From Acidimicrobiia bacterium (GTDB lineage Bacteria > Actinomycetota > Acidimicrobiia > Spongiisociales > ZC4RG35): DNA of 64,000 bases. Each line of letters opens with the position of its first letter. Position 1 is the first letter of the stretch. Of the stretch, positions 32,902 to 45,505 are shown piece by piece. The stretch spans positions 121,347-185,346 of the forward strand of contig JBGSYD010000001.1 in assembly GCA_041751055.1 (NCBI GenBank). The letters are read 5' to 3'. The notes beneath the pieces are model-generated. The model was not told the origin of the DNA. It saw only the letters and a list, made by a program, of their open reading frames with translations, and searched no databases. Made by a program: the position numbers and the translations under genes.

Positions 32902-35540
32902 TCCTGGGATCAGGCCCGATTCGGATCGGACAAGCCTGCGAGTTCGACTACTCGGGATCGCAGGCATGTCGTGTTCTGCGCGAGTACGGATATCGCGTCA
33001 TTCTCATCAACTCCAACCCGGCGACGATCATGACCGATCCGGAGTGGGCTGACGCCACGTACCTCGAGCCGCTAGACGCAGAGACTGCGGCCCAGGTCAT
33101 TGCCAAGGAGAGACCCGACGCCCTGCTGGCCGGTCTCGGGGGTCAAACGGCTCTCAACCTTGCATTCGAGCTCGCCGAGGCCGGGATACTCGAACAGTTC
33201 GAGGTCGAGTTGATCGGAGCGGACCTCAGTGCAATTCGCAAGGCCGAGGATCGCCAGGTCTTTAGAGCGTTGATGATCGAGAACGGACTCGATGTGCTCC
33301 AGGGTCTGGTAGTCAGAGATGTCTCCGACCTACCTGGTGGCTTGGTACCGGCCGTGGTCCGGCCCGCCTTTACGCTCGGTGGATCCGGCGGTGGTCTGGC
33401 GCGCACCGAAGAGGAGTTGACTCAGCTCGTCGCGCGGGGGTTGATGGCGAGCCCGATCGGCGAGGTGCTCGTTGAGGAATCAGTCGAGGGTTGGTCCGAG
33501 TTCGAACTCGAGGTCATGTGTGACGCCGCGGGGAACTACATCGTCGTCTGCTCAATCGAGAACATCGAGCCGGTCGGCGTTCACACCGGCGACTCGTGGA
33601 CTGTGGCGCCACAGCAGACCCTGTCTGATCCCGAGTATCAGAGGATGCGTGATGTCGCTTTCGCATGTGTTCGCGCTGTTGGCCTGGCCAACGGCGGGGC
33701 CAATGTCCAATTTGCCTATAAGCCGGACACCGCCGATCTACGCATCATCGAGATGAATCCGCGGGCGTCCCGATCCTCGGCCCTGGCCTCGAAAGCGACC
33801 GGCTACCCGATTGCCAAGATCTCGGCTTTGCTCGCCGTCGGGCACACCCTGGCCGAGCTGCCGAACGACATCACCGGGAAAACCACCGCTGCGTTCGAGC
33901 CGGCGATCGACTACGTCGCGGTAAAGGCTCCGAGGTTCGACTTCTCGAAGTTCGGAATTGAGGAACCCACCCTGGGCACACAGATGCAGTCGGTTGGCGA
34001 GGCTTTGGGTCTGGGACGCACCTTTCCCGAGGCATTCCTGAAAGCCTGGACAGGGATCGAGTCAGCCGACCAAAGGCCCGAATTCAAAGGAGCGAACGAC
34101 TACTTCGTCTCCGAGATCGCATCGATAGCCGCTGCCGAGCATGACCTCATCGCGACCGGCGATGTGACCGCAGCAAAACGATTCGGACTCCGCGATCAGC
34201 GAATCGCCGCGCTCCTTGGCAGCACAGAACTCGAGATCAGGGAGAGGCGGCAACTCCCCGGCGCTCTGGCAGTTGACTCGTGTGCCGCTGAATTCGAAGC
34301 GGAAACGCCCTACTACTACCTGTCCCACGAGGCCGGGGACCCTCCGCCAGCACGGTCTGAAAAGCCACGCATTCTGATTCTCGGGTCCGGGGCTAACCGG
34401 ATCGGCCAGGGCATCGAGTTCGATTACTCGTGCGTGCATGCGGTCCGGGCATTCACCGAGATGGGATATGAAGTCATCATGCTCAACTCGAATCCATCGA
34501 CAGTGTCGACCGACTACGACACCAGCCACCGGCTCTACCTCGAGCCCGTGACGTTGGAGAGCGTCCTCGACGTGTTTGAGATCGAAGAGCCAGTGGGTGT
34601 GGTGGTGACCCTGGGTGGCCAGACCCCGTTGAATCTCGTGGCTTCGCTTTCAAGTGCCGGGATTCCTCTCATAGGTGACCCGGGTTGGTCTATCGACACA
34701 TCTGAAGATCGGGAACGGTTTGCGGAACTGCTGAAGTCGGCCGGGCTGCTCGCACCGAACTGGGCTACCGCGGCTACGCCCGAAGAAGTCATGCGAGCCG
34801 CGGGCGACATCGGCTACCCCGTGATGGTGCGACCGGACTATGTCCTTGGTGGGGCAGGAATGCGCATCATTCGTTCGCCAGAAGATGTACGTGGCACGGG
34901 TTCGGTCCTGGTGGATCAGTTCATCGAGAATGCCATTGAGGTGGACATCGAGATTCTCTCCGACGGCGTCAACGGCTGGGTGGCCGGAATCCTCGAACAT
35001 GTGGAGCCGGCAGGAGTTCATTCAGGAGACTCGGCCTGTGTGATGCCGGGGCCATCGATTACAGAGCCCCGCGAGGATGCAATCCGCAGGTTGGCCGATG
35101 TGATCGCCGGCCAACTCAAAGTGAGAGGTCTCCTCAATCTGCAATTGGCGATCAAAGGCGAGGAGATCTTCGTCCTCGAAGCCAATCCGAGAGCCTCGCG
35201 CACCGTGCCCTTCCTTTCCAAGGCGACCGGGCTGCCGCTAGTCGCGTGGGCCTGTCAATTGATGATGGGAGCAAATCTGTCGGCAATCGGGCATCCGGAC
35301 AAAGCCGTCCCGACACAGTCCTGGGCCAAGGAAGCCATCTTTCCCAGCGATCGGTTCGCAACGGGAGGAGATCGCGGGCCTGAGATGCGGTCGACCGGTG
35401 AGGTGATGGCGGGTGGCCTTACCGCTCAGGCGGCATACACACGTGCGCTCCGTATGGCCGGAGTGTCCAGGGACCGCGGAACGATCGGACCGAGTTTGCA
35501 AGAATTATCCCGCGCCAGGGTTTTGCAGGGTTCGCCGTGA
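32868..35540 (+). CDS. carB: Carbamoyl-phosphate synthase large subunit, shortened (890 aa)
   Basis: [42 protein letters not shown], second half GVHSGDS and EANPRASRT. Confidence 0.94.
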   Translation: MPARTDITSILILGSGPIRIGQACEFDYSGSQACRVLREYGYRVILINSNPATIMTDPEWADATYLEPLDAETAAQVIAKERPDALLAGLGGQTALNLAFELAEAGILEQFEVELIGADLSAIRKAEDRQVFRALMIENGLDVLQGLVVRDVSDLPGGLVPAVVRPAFTLGGSGGGLARTEEELTQLVARGLMASPIGEVLVEESVEGWSEFELEVMCDAAGNYIVVCSIENIEPVGVHTGDSWTVAPQQTLSDPEYQRMRDVAFACVRAVGLANGGANVQFAYKPDTADLRIIEMNPRASRSSALASKATGYPIAKISALLAVGHTLAELPNDITGKTTAAFEPAIDYVAVKAPRFDFSKFGIEEPTLGTQMQSVGEALGLGRTFPEAFLKAWTGIESADQRPEFKGANDYFVSEIASIAAAEHDLIATGDVTAAKRFGLRDQRIAALLGSTELEIRERRQLPGALAVDSCAAEFEAETPYYYLSHEAGDPPPARSEKPRILILGSGANRIGQGIEFDYSCVHAVRAFTEMGYEVIMLNSNPSTVSTDYDTSHRLYLEPVTLESVLDVFEIEEPVGVVVTLGGQTPLNLVASLSSAGIPLIGDPGWSIDTSEDRERFAELLKSAGLLAPNWATAATPEEVMRAAGDIGYPVMVRPDYVLGGAGMRIIRSPEDVRGTGSVLVDQFIENAIEVDIEILSDGVNGWVAGILEHVEPAGVHSGDSACVMPGPSITEPREDAIRRLADVIAGQLKVRGLLNLQLAIKGEEIFVLEANPRASRTVPFLSKATGLPLVAWACQLMMGANLSAIGHPDKAVPTQSWAKEAIFPSDRFATGGDRGPEMRSTGEVMAGGLTAQAAYTRALRMAGVSRDRGTIGPSLQELSRARVLQGSP

Positions 35541-36577
35541 CGGGAGCAAAAACCCTGCGCACGGCGGTCCTGGGCGCGTCGGGGTTAGCCGGTGCCGAAT
35601 TGCTTCGGCTGGCGGCTCACCACCCCGGCCTGGAGGTGGTATTCGCCTCCAGCGAGAGCCAATCCGGTGTGCCGGTTGGCCGTAGATTCCCTGGTCTGGC
35701 CAAGCTCTTTCCCGAACTCCATCTCCAGGCATGGGCCGATGTACCCGAAGGCCTCGATGTCGCTCTCGTCGCGCTGCCCCACGGCCTCTCACAATCGGTG
35801 ATCCCCAAGCTCGATGCAAATCTGGTCGTCGACCTCGGAGCCGACTTCAGGTTTGACGATCCGGCGGAATACGCGGGTTGGTATGGCCTCACACATTCGG
35901 CGCCAGAACTGCTGCCGGGCTTCACCTACGGCATGGTGGAGTTGAACAGGCAGCTGATTTCTACGACGAACGCGATCGCCGTCCCGGGCTGTTACGTGAC
36001 CGCCGCCATCTTGACGATGGCCCCCCTCCTGGCCGCCGGTGTGGTGGAGCCGGCCGGGATCGTCGTGGATGCGGCCAGTGGTGTCTCCGGGGCCGGGCGC
36101 GACCCGAAGCCAGAGACGATGTTCACATCGGCCAGCGAAGACTTCACCGCTTACGGGCTCCTGCACCATCGCCACACCCGGGAAATGGAAATTGCGCTGT
36201 CGAGGCTGGCAAATGCTCCGGTTGAATTGCTGTTCACGCCCCATCTCGCACCCATGAACCGTGGGATCCTCGCCACCTGTTATCTCAGGCCCACGGCAGA
36301 CGATTCCACTGAGGACTTGCTACACGTCGCGGCGGATTTCTACGAGGGGGAGCCATTTATCCACATATCCGACGAAGTCCCACACACCAAAGCGACACTC
36401 GGGTCGAACTCGGTTCACATGACCTTCCGAAAGGATGAGCGAACGGGTTGGGTCGTTGCCCTTGGCGCATTGGACAATCTCATCAAGGGTGCGGCCGGGC
36501 ATGCCATCCAGGGTCTCAATGTTGCCCTTGGCTTTGGCGAGCAAACCGGTCTCGAAACAGCAGGGTCTTATTCGTGA
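35537..36577 (+). CDS. argC: N-acetyl-gamma-glutamyl-phosphate reductase
   Basis: [33 protein letters not shown]. Confidence 0.96.
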   Translation: MTGAKTLRTAVLGASGLAGAELLRLAAHHPGLEVVFASSESQSGVPVGRRFPGLAKLFPELHLQAWADVPEGLDVALVALPHGLSQSVIPKLDANLVVDLGADFRFDDPAEYAGWYGLTHSAPELLPGFTYGMVELNRQLISTTNAIAVPGCYVTAAILTMAPLLAAGVVEPAGIVVDAASGVSGAGRDPKPETMFTSASEDFTAYGLLHHRHTREMEIALSRLANAPVELLFTPHLAPMNRGILATCYLRPTADDSTEDLLHVAADFYEGEPFIHISDEVPHTKATLGSNSVHMTFRKDERTGWVVALGALDNLIKGAAGHAIQGLNVALGFGEQTGLETAGSYS

Positions 36578-37467
36578 GCCTCGCACCGAGCTCCTTGTTG
36601 AAGACTGAGGGCGGGGCGGGCATCGCCACCGTTCTCGTCGAGGTGCTGCCGTACATCCAACGATTCCGGGGGAAGATCGTGGTCGTCAAGGTGGGAGGGT
36701 CGGCCCTCACAGATCCGGTGACGGCCGATGACTTCGCGTCGGACATCGCTCTGATGCACATGGTCGGCATCAAACCCGTGGTGGTCCACGGTGGGGGGCC
36801 GCAGATCACCGCCATGATGAAGCGCCTAGGCAAGACAGCGACCTTCCGGGCCGGGCACAGGGTCACGGACTCGGAATCGCTCGACATCACGCGCATGGTG
36901 CTGGTCGGCAACATCAACAGGGACATCGTCACCAGGATCAATCGTCATGGTCCGATCGCCCTTGGCGTCTCGGGCGAGGATGCCGACCTGTTGATTGCAA
37001 TGGAACGCGATCCCGAACTCGGCTTTGTGGGAGATGTCGTAGCTGTGAACCCGGATCTGGTTAATCGGCTCCTCGCAGAGGAGCTGGTCCCGGTGATTGC
37101 CACCGTTGGGACCGATGGGTCGGGTCAGGCCTACAACATCAACGCCGACTCAGGTGCCGCGGCAATTGCCTCCGAATTGGAAGCACTGAAACTGATCTAC
37201 CTCACCGACGTCGAAGGCCTGTACCGCAACGGCGACGATCCGATATCGCTGATCACTCATGCGACTTCCGAAGAACTCGTCTCGATTCTCGAATCCGGTG
37301 CAGCTACTTCAGGAATGATCCCCAAATTGGACGGGTGCATAACCGCCCTGGGTCGCGGCGTGCCTTCGGCGCACATATTGGGTGCCGGCACTCCGCACGC
37401 CCTTCTCATCGAACTTTTCACCGATGCCGGGATCGGGACGATGGCATCCGCTGGAGGCAATCCATGA
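36574..37467 (+). CDS. argB: Acetylglutamate kinase
   Basis: VVKVGG, VHGGGPQI, RVTD, NINAD, GMIPK; GTG start overlapping the argC stop. Confidence 0.95.
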   Translation: MSLAPSSLLKTEGGAGIATVLVEVLPYIQRFRGKIVVVKVGGSALTDPVTADDFASDIALMHMVGIKPVVVHGGGPQITAMMKRLGKTATFRAGHRVTDSESLDITRMVLVGNINRDIVTRINRHGPIALGVSGEDADLLIAMERDPELGFVGDVVAVNPDLVNRLLAEELVPVIATVGTDGSGQAYNINADSGAAAIASELEALKLIYLTDVEGLYRNGDDPISLITHATSEELVSILESGAATSGMIPKLDGCITALGRGVPSAHILGAGTPHALLIELFTDAGIGTMASAGGNP

Positions 37468-38621
37468 CCACCACAGGAGTCGACAATGGCCGGTTGATGG
37501 ATACCTACCCGCCTCATCAAGTGACCTTCGTCGAAGGACATGGCACTGAATTGTGGGACGACCGCGGCCGCAGATACCTCGACTTTCTGTCCGGCCTCGC
37601 AGTGACAAGTCTGGGGCACTCACATCCGGAGATAGCGCGGGCTCTCGGAGATCAGGCCACCCGTCTGACGCACGTATCGAACCTGTTTGGAAACCAACCG
37701 GGACCCAAGCTGGCAGGGCTACTGGATGGGCTCCTTGGCGGTGGTGGAAGGTTGTTCTTCAGCAATTCTGGAGCCGAAGCCAACGAGGCAGCTTTGAAGC
37801 TGGCCAGAAAGTGGGGAGGCCCCGGCCGCTATGTGGTCCTGACTGCTTCGGACTCCTTCCACGGACGAACATTGGCGACGCTCCATGCCACCGGGCAACC
37901 AGCAAAACACGGTCCGTTTCAACCCCTGCCGGACGGTTTTCGCCACGTCGAGTGGAATGACCTGGACTCGATGGAGCGAGCTGTGACTCCTGATGTGGCA
38001 GCAGTTCTCCTGGAGCCGATCCAGGGTGAGGGTGGTGTGCGGCCCGCCAGCGCCGACTACCTCCGAGGTGTCGAGCAAATCTGCCGGGACAACAACCTCC
38101 TCCTCATGGTTGACGAGATCCAGAGCGGCCTGGCCCGCACCGGCGACTGGTTCGCGTTCCAGGGCTACGGAATCACCCCGGACGTTGTCACTGTGGCCAA
38201 GGCTCTCGGAAACGGGTTCCCGATCGGTGCGACATGGGCGAGCGAAGCGGTTGCAGCCTCATTCGGCCCGGGGGACCATGGAAGTACTTTCGGAGGACAG
38301 CCCCTGGCGACGGCGACTGCGGCGAGAGTCGTCGAGGTCATGATGGAGATCGATGCCCCGGCCCTCGCCAGAAAAGCAGGCGAGCGGTTGCGTACCGGGC
38401 TGTCAGGCATCGACGGAGTGGTCGACGTGCGGGGGAGGGGGCTCCTCCTTGCTGCTGAGCTCGAGAGAAGAGACGCAAGAAGATTGGCATCTGTCGCACT
38501 GATATCCGGGCTCGTCGTCAATGCGGTCACAAATACCGCATTGCGGTTCACACCTCCACTCATCGTCAGCAACGAAGAAATAGATGAAGCGATATCCATT
38601 CTGCGAGGAGTGATTACATGA
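37464..38621 (+). CDS. argD: Acetylornithine aminotransferase
   Basis: [42 protein letters not shown]; start reset to MTTTG. Confidence 0.95.
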   Translation: MTTTGVDNGRLMDTYPPHQVTFVEGHGTELWDDRGRRYLDFLSGLAVTSLGHSHPEIARALGDQATRLTHVSNLFGNQPGPKLAGLLDGLLGGGGRLFFSNSGAEANEAALKLARKWGGPGRYVVLTASDSFHGRTLATLHATGQPAKHGPFQPLPDGFRHVEWNDLDSMERAVTPDVAAVLLEPIQGEGGVRPASADYLRGVEQICRDNNLLLMVDEIQSGLARTGDWFAFQGYGITPDVVTVAKALGNGFPIGATWASEAVAASFGPGDHGSTFGGQPLATATAARVVEVMMEIDAPALARKAGERLRTGLSGIDGVVDVRGRGLLLAAELERRDARRLASVALISGLVVNAVTNTALRFTPPLIVSNEEIDEAISILRGVIT

Positions 38622-39508
38622 GACACATGCTTGAAATCGACGACTTGAACCTGGGAGAGCTCCGACAAGTACTCGAACTTTCAAAAGGCCTTCCGCAGCG
38701 GGGAGATGAATCGGAGGGAGTGGCCCTCATATTCGAGATGCCGTCGGCACGCACCCGAAACTCAACAGAGATGGCTTGCGTGCAGTTGGGGCTCCACCCG
38801 ACCTACATCGCGGCGTCTGAGCTTGGTTTCGACGTTAGAGAGTCGGTGGAGGACGTCACCATGACCCTGGCGCAGTATTACTCGGTGGTCTGTGCCAGAG
38901 TCCACGACCACACGATTCTGGAGCGAATGGCAGCCGTCGACGAAGTTCCAATCGTGAACATGCTCTCAGCTCGCTCCCACCCCCTTCAGGGCCTGGCAGA
39001 CCTTTTGACCATAGAGGATGAGTTCGGCGATCTAGCCGGGCGAAATATGGCGTACATCGGATACCCCGGCAACGTCTGGCGGTCCCTTTCGTTGGCAGCG
39101 GGTGGGCTCGGCATGAACGTCAGGCTGGCCGTGCCCAACGAGCATCAGCCCACTGCGGACGCGATTTCGGAGATCTCGGCTTCCGGGACCCAGATCGAGA
39201 TCGTGTCGAGCCCGCTTATCGCAGCCAAAGACGCCGATGTTGTCTACACCGATCGGTGGGTATCCATGGGGGAGGAGTCGGAGACTCCAACCCGGCTGCA
39301 GGATTTCTCGTCGTTGGCGATAACAGACGAGGTCATGGCCTGCGCCGCTCCCGACGCCATTTTTCTCCACTGCCTGCCGGCAAAGAGGGGCGAAGAGGTC
39401 TCAGCCTCGGTGATAGATGGCCCCCAGAGCCGGGTCTGGAAACAGGCTCAGAATCGGATGCACACCGCGCGGGGCGCCATCTCATGGGCGTTGGACCGTC
39501 GCGGCTGA
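38618..39508 (+). CDS. argF: Ornithine carbamoyltransferase
   Basis: SARTR, HPLQ, WVSMG, HCLP..RGEE, QAQNR. Confidence 0.93.
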   Translation: MRHMLEIDDLNLGELRQVLELSKGLPQRGDESEGVALIFEMPSARTRNSTEMACVQLGLHPTYIAASELGFDVRESVEDVTMTLAQYYSVVCARVHDHTILERMAAVDEVPIVNMLSARSHPLQGLADLLTIEDEFGDLAGRNMAYIGYPGNVWRSLSLAAGGLGMNVRLAVPNEHQPTADAISEISASGTQIEIVSSPLIAAKDADVVYTDRWVSMGEESETPTRLQDFSSLAITDEVMACAAPDAIFLHCLPAKRGEEVSASVIDGPQSRVWKQAQNRMHTARGAISWALDRRG

Positions 39509-39514
39509 GTGGTT

Positions 39515-40786
39515 TCAACCGATGTCGGTCACCAGAAGGTCGTCGTAGGTTTCACGACGCACGACGACCCGGGATTGGCCGTCGGAGACGAAAACCACGG
39601 CAGGCCTGAGAACCTTGTTGTAGTTGGAGCCCATCGAATGTCCGTAAGCGCCAGTGACCGGGGTCGCGACGATGTCGCCAACCACAAGATCATCCGGCAG
39701 ATGGCCATATTGGACTATCACATCACCTGACTCACAATGCTTGCCGACGAGTCTGACCTCTCGGTTTCTGTGATCGAGAGTGGCCCGGGGGAGAAAGGTC
39801 TCGTATCCGGAGCCATAGAGAATGGGCCGCGGATTGTCGCTCATGCCACCATCTACTGCCACATACGTGCGGACACCCGGTATCTGCTTCACCGTCCCAA
39901 CTTTGTACAGCGTGATTGCTGCGGATGCGACGATGGCACGGCCCGGCTCGACCGAGATTTTCGACTTGAGATTCGCTTGTTCGACACCTCGCCAGATAGT
40001 TTCGGCCCACTCGGAGATTGTCGGCGCATATTCGCCCTCGACATAGGCGACCCCCAGGCCACCTCCTATCGAAACTTCTTCAAATCGATCATCGGCTGCA
40101 AAGGTATTGATGGCGGCGAAGGCGTCAGCATAAGACTGAGTGCGGAAGACCTGAGACCCGATATGCATGTGGATCCCACGGAGATTGATCAACTTCGACG
40201 CTTCGATCCGCTCGACAGCCGTCCTCGCATCCCCGGTCGACAAGGTGAATCCGAATTTGGAATCGTCTTGGCCGGTGGCGATGTATTCGTGGGTGTGTGC
40301 TTCAACGCCGGGTGTTATTCGTATCAGGACATCAGGCACCGGAAGGCCTTCGTTGACCAGATGCTCGATACGGTCGATCTCGTCGAAGGAATCCACGACC
40401 AGTCGACCAACCTCTCCTGTGAGTGCCAGCGTCAGTTCTTGAACGCTTTTGTTGTTGCCATGGAAAACGAGGTCCTTCGGCGGCACTCCGGCGGTTATGG
40501 CCACGTGATATTCGCCGCCTGTGGCAACGTCGAGTTTCATCCCTTCCTGATGGGCTAGACGTGCCATGGCCTTGCATAGAAAGGCCTTGGTCGCATACAC
40601 GGCTCCCTCGCCGAACTGCGCAACAGCTTCTCTGCATCGGGCCCGGAGATGGTCTTCGTCGTAAACGAACAGAGGCGTCCCGAACTCCTCCGCAAGCTCG
40701 ACTACCTCGATCCCGCCAATCGAGAGAGCTCCCTGATCGGATATCCCCGCATTGTCAGGAAGAAGACTCAATGGGATTGGGTTCAC
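39515..40786 (-). CDS. lysA: Diaminopimelate decarboxylase
   Basis: FGTPLFVYDE, YATKAF, HGNNKS, SKFG, HIGSQ, EPGR, CESGD, GAY; GTG start inferred downstream of argH. Confidence 0.94.
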   Translation of the reverse strand: MNPIPLSLLPDNAGISDQGALSIGGIEVVELAEEFGTPLFVYDEDHLRARCREAVAQFGEGAVYATKAFLCKAMARLAHQEGMKLDVATGGEYHVAITAGVPPKDLVFHGNNKSVQELTLALTGEVGRLVVDSFDEIDRIEHLVNEGLPVPDVLIRITPGVEAHTHEYIATGQDDSKFGFTLSTGDARTAVERIEASKLINLRGIHMHIGSQVFRTQSYADAFAAINTFAADDRFEEVSIGGGLGVAYVEGEYAPTISEWAETIWRGVEQANLKSKISVEPGRAIVASAAITLYKVGTVKQIPGVRTYVAVDGGMSDNPRPILYGSGYETFLPRATLDHRNREVRLVGKHCESGDVIVQYGHLPDDLVVGDIVATPVTGAYGHSMGSNYNKVLRPAVVFVSDGQSRVVVRRETYDDLLVTDIG

Positions 40787-40811
40787 GAACTCGTTCCTCG
40801 GGAGTGGGACC

Positions 40812-42233
40812 TCAATGGTCTCGGGGGATACGGGCCAGTCGGTCCCCCAGTCGTGCTCTATCAACGGCGATGAGGCGACTGGCGCGCTCCAGCTGGTCAG
40901 AGACCGCCGCGGGCCCGCCTCCGCCATGGCTCGTACGGGATGATGCCGACGAGCCGGGCTCGAACAGACGCAGCGCCTCAGCGCCCAAATCCTCGTGTGC
41001 GGCGACGAGCTCTTCGAGACTGCGGTCCTCGGCGATCGATTTTGCCACCAGTTCTGCAACAAGGCCGTGAGCTGTGCGGAACGGCGTGCCGGTCTTGACC
41101 AGATGCTCCGCAAGGTCTGTCGCCACCAGGTGTGGCGAACTGGCCCGCTCCGACATCACGTCAGTGTTGAAACGAGCTGTCGAGATCATGCCGTCAAGGG
41201 CCGCCAATGTGAGGACGATTGTGTCGCACGAGTCAAAGAGCGGTTCCTTGTCCTCCTGGAGGTCCTTGTTGTATGCAAGTGGCAGACCTTTCAGAGCTGT
41301 CAACACCGTGACGAGATTTCCCAGCAACCTGCCCGCCTTGCCCCGTGCCAGCTCGGCGATGTCGGGATTCTTCTTCTGCGGCAACATCGACGACCCGGTT
41401 GCGAAGGAGTCGTCCAAAGTCAGGTAGCCGAATTCGGTAGTGGCCCAGAGTATTAGTTCCTCGCCGATCCGGGAGAGGTGAATACCCAGAAGCGAGAGAT
41501 CGAAAAGGACCTCTGCAACATGGTCTCGATCGCTCACGGCATCGATGGAGTTCTCGAAAGCCTGCGAAAAACCGAGAAGCTCAGCCGTCGTAGCCGGGTC
41601 GATCGGTAGCGACGTCCCGGCGAGGGCGCCGGCTCCCAGTGGTGAGATATCAAGTCGGTCCGCAGTTGAAATCAGTCGATCCACGTCACGTCCCAGCGCC
41701 CAGAAATGGGCCATGAGATGATGGGCGAGCGACACCGGCTGCGCCTGCTGGAGGTGGGTGTATCCCGGCAGGAAGTCATCGAGATGCTCTTGCGCCCGTC
41801 TGATCAGCGTTGACTGAAATCCCAAGATCGCCGGCACAATCCTTTCCAGGATCTCGGACCTGATCCACAAACGGACATCGAGGGCCACCTGGTCATTTCG
41901 GCTCCGACCGGTATGGACCTTGCCTCCGACCGGGCCGACAATCTCGGTGAGGCGGCGTTCCACAGCGGTGTGGATGTCCTCGTCCGAAGCCAGGGGCTCG
42001 AAGGCCCCGGACGCCATTTCGTCCTCCACCTGGGCCAAGCCCGAAGCGATGATGTCGTGTTCTGCTTCTGAGATCAGCCCCACCTTGCTGAGCATCGAAA
42101 CGTGGGCTCGTGATCCAGCGATATCTTCCCGGAACAGCCGGTGATCGATGGCCAGGCTGTCGTTCAGGGCGCGCAGGTCATCGCTACGGCGTCCTTTCAA
42201 TCGCCCCTCCCACAGCTCACCCGCCACGATCAT
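40812..42233 (-). CDS. argH: Argininosuccinate lyase
   Basis: [42 protein letters not shown]. Confidence 0.96.
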   Translation of the reverse strand: MIVAGELWEGRLKGRRSDDLRALNDSLAIDHRLFREDIAGSRAHVSMLSKVGLISEAEHDIIASGLAQVEDEMASGAFEPLASDEDIHTAVERRLTEIVGPVGGKVHTGRSRNDQVALDVRLWIRSEILERIVPAILGFQSTLIRRAQEHLDDFLPGYTHLQQAQPVSLAHHLMAHFWALGRDVDRLISTADRLDISPLGAGALAGTSLPIDPATTAELLGFSQAFENSIDAVSDRDHVAEVLFDLSLLGIHLSRIGEELILWATTEFGYLTLDDSFATGSSMLPQKKNPDIAELARGKAGRLLGNLVTVLTALKGLPLAYNKDLQEDKEPLFDSCDTIVLTLAALDGMISTARFNTDVMSERASSPHLVATDLAEHLVKTGTPFRTAHGLVAELVAKSIAEDRSLEELVAAHEDLGAEALRLFEPGSSASSRTSHGGGGPAAVSDQLERASRLIAVDRARLGDRLARIPRDH

Positions 42234-43450
42234 TCACCGTCCCTCTTGGCCAGGGTTCTCAACCGCAAAGCGTTCAACTTGATGAAACCGTCAGCATCCG
42301 CCTGGTTGTATGCCCCACCATCGTCCTCGAAAGTGGCCACGTTTTCGTCGAATAGCGAATTGGGGCTTTTGCGCCCGGTAACCGTGACGTTTCCCTTGTA
42401 GAGCTTCATACGGACCGATCCGCTCACCATCTCCTGTGTGGAGTCGATCAGCTCCTGGAGCACCACCCGTTCGGGGCTCCACCAGTACCCGTTGTAGATC
42501 ATGGAGGCATACCTCGGCATCAGCTCATCTTTGAGGTGTGCCACTTCACGGTCGAGGGTGATGCTCTCAATCGCACGATGGGCCTTGAGAATGAGGGTGC
42601 CGCCCGGTGTTTCGTAGGCCCCACGGCTCTTTATGCCAACAAACCGGTTCTCGACGATGTCGATTCGCCCGACACCGTTTTGTCGACCCAGTTCGTTCAG
42701 CGTTTCGAGTACGGCTGAGGGGCTCAATTCGACTCCATCGACGGCCACGATGTCACCGGACCGGAACTCCACTTCGACGGTTGTTGGTAGGTCCGGAGCG
42801 TTTTCGGGACTGGTCGTCCAACGCCACATCTCGGGGTCCGGTTCGGTCCAGGGGTTCTCCAATGGCCCACCCTCATACGAGACATGAAGGAGGTTGGCAT
42901 CGGTTGAGTAGGGGCTCTTTGTTCCCAGCTTCTGCTCGATCGGAATGTCTCGTTCGGCAGCGTAAGACATCAACTTCTCGCGGCTGAGAAGATCCCACTC
43001 TCGCCACGGAGCAATGATCCTGATGTCGGGGCTGAGGGCATAGGCGCCCACCTCGAATCGAACCTGATCGTTGCCTTTGCCGGTGGCCCCGTGTGCAATT
43101 GCATCGGCTCCGATCGCATCGGCAATCTCGACCAATCTCTTGGCGACCAACGGCCGGGCGATCGACGTTCCGAGCAGATATTCGCCTTCGTAAATGGTGT
43201 TGGCCCGGAACATCGGGAACACATAATTCGCCACGAACTCGTCGCGTAGGTCCTCGACGAAGATCAGATCTTCGGGGACACCGAGGCGGAGAGCTTTACT
43301 CCTCGCCAAATCCACTTCCTGGCCCTGACCGAGATCAGCGGTGAAGGTGGCTACTTCGCACCCGTAGGTTTCCTTTAGCCACTGGAGAATGACCGAGGTG
43401 TCCAGGCCGCCGGAGTAGGCGAGAACAACTTTGGAAATCGAATAGGCCAT
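42230..43450 (-). CDS. argG: Argininosuccinate synthase
   Basis: [39 protein letters not shown]; start reset to MAYSISK. Confidence 0.96.
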   Translation of the reverse strand: MAYSISKVVLAYSGGLDTSVILQWLKETYGCEVATFTADLGQGQEVDLARSKALRLGVPEDLIFVEDLRDEFVANYVFPMFRANTIYEGEYLLGTSIARPLVAKRLVEIADAIGADAIAHGATGKGNDQVRFEVGAYALSPDIRIIAPWREWDLLSREKLMSYAAERDIPIEQKLGTKSPYSTDANLLHVSYEGGPLENPWTEPDPEMWRWTTSPENAPDLPTTVEVEFRSGDIVAVDGVELSPSAVLETLNELGRQNGVGRIDIVENRFVGIKSRGAYETPGGTLILKAHRAIESITLDREVAHLKDELMPRYASMIYNGYWWSPERVVLQELIDSTQEMVSGSVRMKLYKGNVTVTGRKSPNSLFDENVATFEDDGGAYNQADADGFIKLNALRLRTLAKRDGE

Positions 43451-43575
43451 GGCGCCTCGAGGTTGGGCAGGAGCTGTGACTATACATTTGGCCTTTGCGG
43501 CCAAACTGCGGCCAGGATCGTGCCCATCCGACCCAGGTTGGTAATGCGACTGCGGGCGCGCCCGGGATGTTTCCC

Positions 43576-43959
43576 CTAGAACTCGACGTCCATATTGGAG
43601 ACGGCAGCGCTCCATTGCTGGATGGCGGACTGGTGCATCATCAGCTTGGCGAGGTTGCCAGAGACCTTGAGTTTGCCGGTCATGAAGGCGGTTTGAGTGT
43701 TGAGCTCGCCTTTGGCGATTGCTGCGGCGGTGTCATAGGTTTGTTTGACGCTGACGTCGGGGCTCTCCAACTCGCCGATTGCGAGAACTGCATGGCCGCC
43801 AGACGTCGACAGGTAATAGTCGACTTCGCTGTCAGGAGCGTCGGAGGTATTGAACTGGATTCCGAGAACTGCCGCACCAATGGCGTTCTTGAAACCCTCG
43901 TGCCCATTCAGGGCATTAGTGGCTTCAGCCGCCCATTCTTCGCTGAGAAACTTCGACAT
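43576..43959 (-). CDS. SCP2 sterol/lipid-binding domain protein
   Basis: FLSEEW...[12 protein letters not shown]. Confidence 0.88.
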   Translation of the reverse strand: MSKFLSEEWAAEATNALNGHEGFKNAIGAAVLGIQFNTSDAPDSEVDYYLSTSGGHAVLAIGELESPDVSVKQTYDTAAAIAKGELNTQTAFMTGKLKVSGNLAKLMMHQSAIQQWSAAVSNMDVEF

Positions 43960-44045
43960 CGTGCGGTACTCCTTGTGGTTATGTCAGCAACGAGAATAGC
44001 CAGCAAGGCGAAGTTTGAATAATCACTCAATGTCTGGTCGTCGCT

Positions 44046-44915
44046 TCAGATGAGTTTGGCGATAGAGGTTTCGATGCCCCGGCGCAGTCTCTGCAGAGGT
44101 TGGCGCGGATAGCCAGACTCGAGTCCGGCGGCGCGAGTTGCTGCTTTGACGCCGGGCACTCCATGGGCCTCGACGTCGACGCTGATCGACGAAAGGCGTT
44201 TCTGCAGTCGCCGCGCCGACGCCGGATCCGCCTTGGCCTTGGCCAAAGTGTCCATTACCAACCGCGGCACATAGTTGCCAGAACCGGTGATGGCCCCGTA
44301 ACAACCGACTGCAATTGCTGCGGTCAATGCTCGCGATGAGCCCGAATAGAGAAGGAAATCACGCGGTGTGGCGTCGACGATCGTCTGCAGACGGACGACA
44401 TCGCCCGAGGAGTCCTTCATACCCACGATGTTGGGGTGACGGGCCAGCTGGCCGACGACGTCCACCGGGAGGTTGTAAGCGGTCACCGGAGGGACGGAAT
44501 ACAGATAGACCGGGAGCTTCGATGAATCTGCGATCGCCTTGTAGAAATTGAGGAGGGCCTCATCCCGACCCCGGGCCGCTGAGGTCGGTGTCATCACCAG
44601 GACCGAGTCGGCGCCGGCTTGCTCGGCTTCTCGAACCTGGGTCAGGGCCATCCGAGTCGACTCTCCGGCGATTCCGACCATGAGATGTGCCTTTCGTCTT
44701 CGCAGCGCCTTGACCAGCCTGAAACGCTCGCCGGCCTCCAAGTAGGGACCTTCGCCATTTGAGCCTGCCACGACGAAGCCTTCCATTCCCATGTCGGCGA
44801 GAAATCGCACGTTGAATTGGAATGCCTTCAGGTCGAGTTCACCACGAACGGTAAACGGAGTCACCAATGCGGGCATGTAGGGCGGAGGAGTTGTCACGAG
44901 GCGATTATCGCCCAC
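44046..44915 (-). CDS. Dihydrodipicolinate synthase/N-acetylneuraminate lyase family aldolase
   Basis: ALVTPF, GSNGE (HOGA-like rather than GTTGE), Y.VP, GMKDSSGD. Confidence 0.85.
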   Translation of the reverse strand: MGDNRLVTTPPPYMPALVTPFTVRGELDLKAFQFNVRFLADMGMEGFVVAGSNGEGPYLEAGERFRLVKALRRRKAHLMVGIAGESTRMALTQVREAEQAGADSVLVMTPTSAARGRDEALLNFYKAIADSSKLPVYLYSVPPVTAYNLPVDVVGQLARHPNIVGMKDSSGDVVRLQTIVDATPRDFLLYSGSSRALTAAIAVGCYGAITGSGNYVPRLVMDTLAKAKADPASARRLQKRLSSISVDVEAHGVPGVKAATRAAGLESGYPRQPLQRLRRGIETSIAKLI

Positions 44916-44935
44916 ATCGATGGGCTCTGCGCCGT

Positions 44936-45505
44936 TTATGGTGCCGGAGGCTCCATCCGGAACACGGAGCTGTCGTCATAGGTGACAGTCCCGTTCCACC
45001 ACAGGAAGTTGGTCAACCAGACGTGGTCGAATTCGACGCGAACTCCGATCCAGTCGGCACTCAAACCTGTGTTGGAACGGTCGGTCGGATCCCAGTTGCT
45101 CCCCAGATGCAGGGGGAACCAGTCTGAGCTGGTGCAGGCAATCAGTCCCGGCTCGGCGGGCACAGCCGGGCGGTAGCGGCGGGTGAACGACGAACTGGCC
45201 CCCGGGTAGCTTCCCGAGGAGCTAGAGCGATAGATGTGGATTTGGACGATGTTTCCCGACTCCAACGACTGCAACGCGCCAGACGCGGCCTCGAGGATCA
45301 CACAGTCAGCGTCTCCATAGTTGGCGGCAGATGCTGCAACACGGGCTCCTTCTCGGGCCGACACGCTGACCGACAGCGAGTCGCGGAAGACCATTCCGTA
45401 CTCGAAAACCCCGATAGCGAGCATCATGAGAAGCCCGAAGAGAAGGGAGAATTCGACGAGGGTTGCCCCTTTTTCGTCAGATCGCTTCAAGTGAAATCGT
45501 CTCAC
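44936..45505 (-). CDS. TadE-like pseudopilin
   Basis: Prepilin site KG|ATLVEF, hydrophobic helix, AREGAR, C-terminal RMEP. Confidence 0.88.
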   Translation of the reverse strand: MRRFHLKRSDEKGATLVEFSLLFGLLMMLAIGVFEYGMVFRDSLSVSVSAREGARVAASAANYGDADCVILEAASGALQSLESGNIVQIHIYRSSSSGSYPGASSSFTRRYRPAVPAEPGLIACTSSDWFPLHLGSNWDPTDRSNTGLSADWIGVRVEFDHVWLTNFLWWNGTVTYDDSSVFRMEPPAP

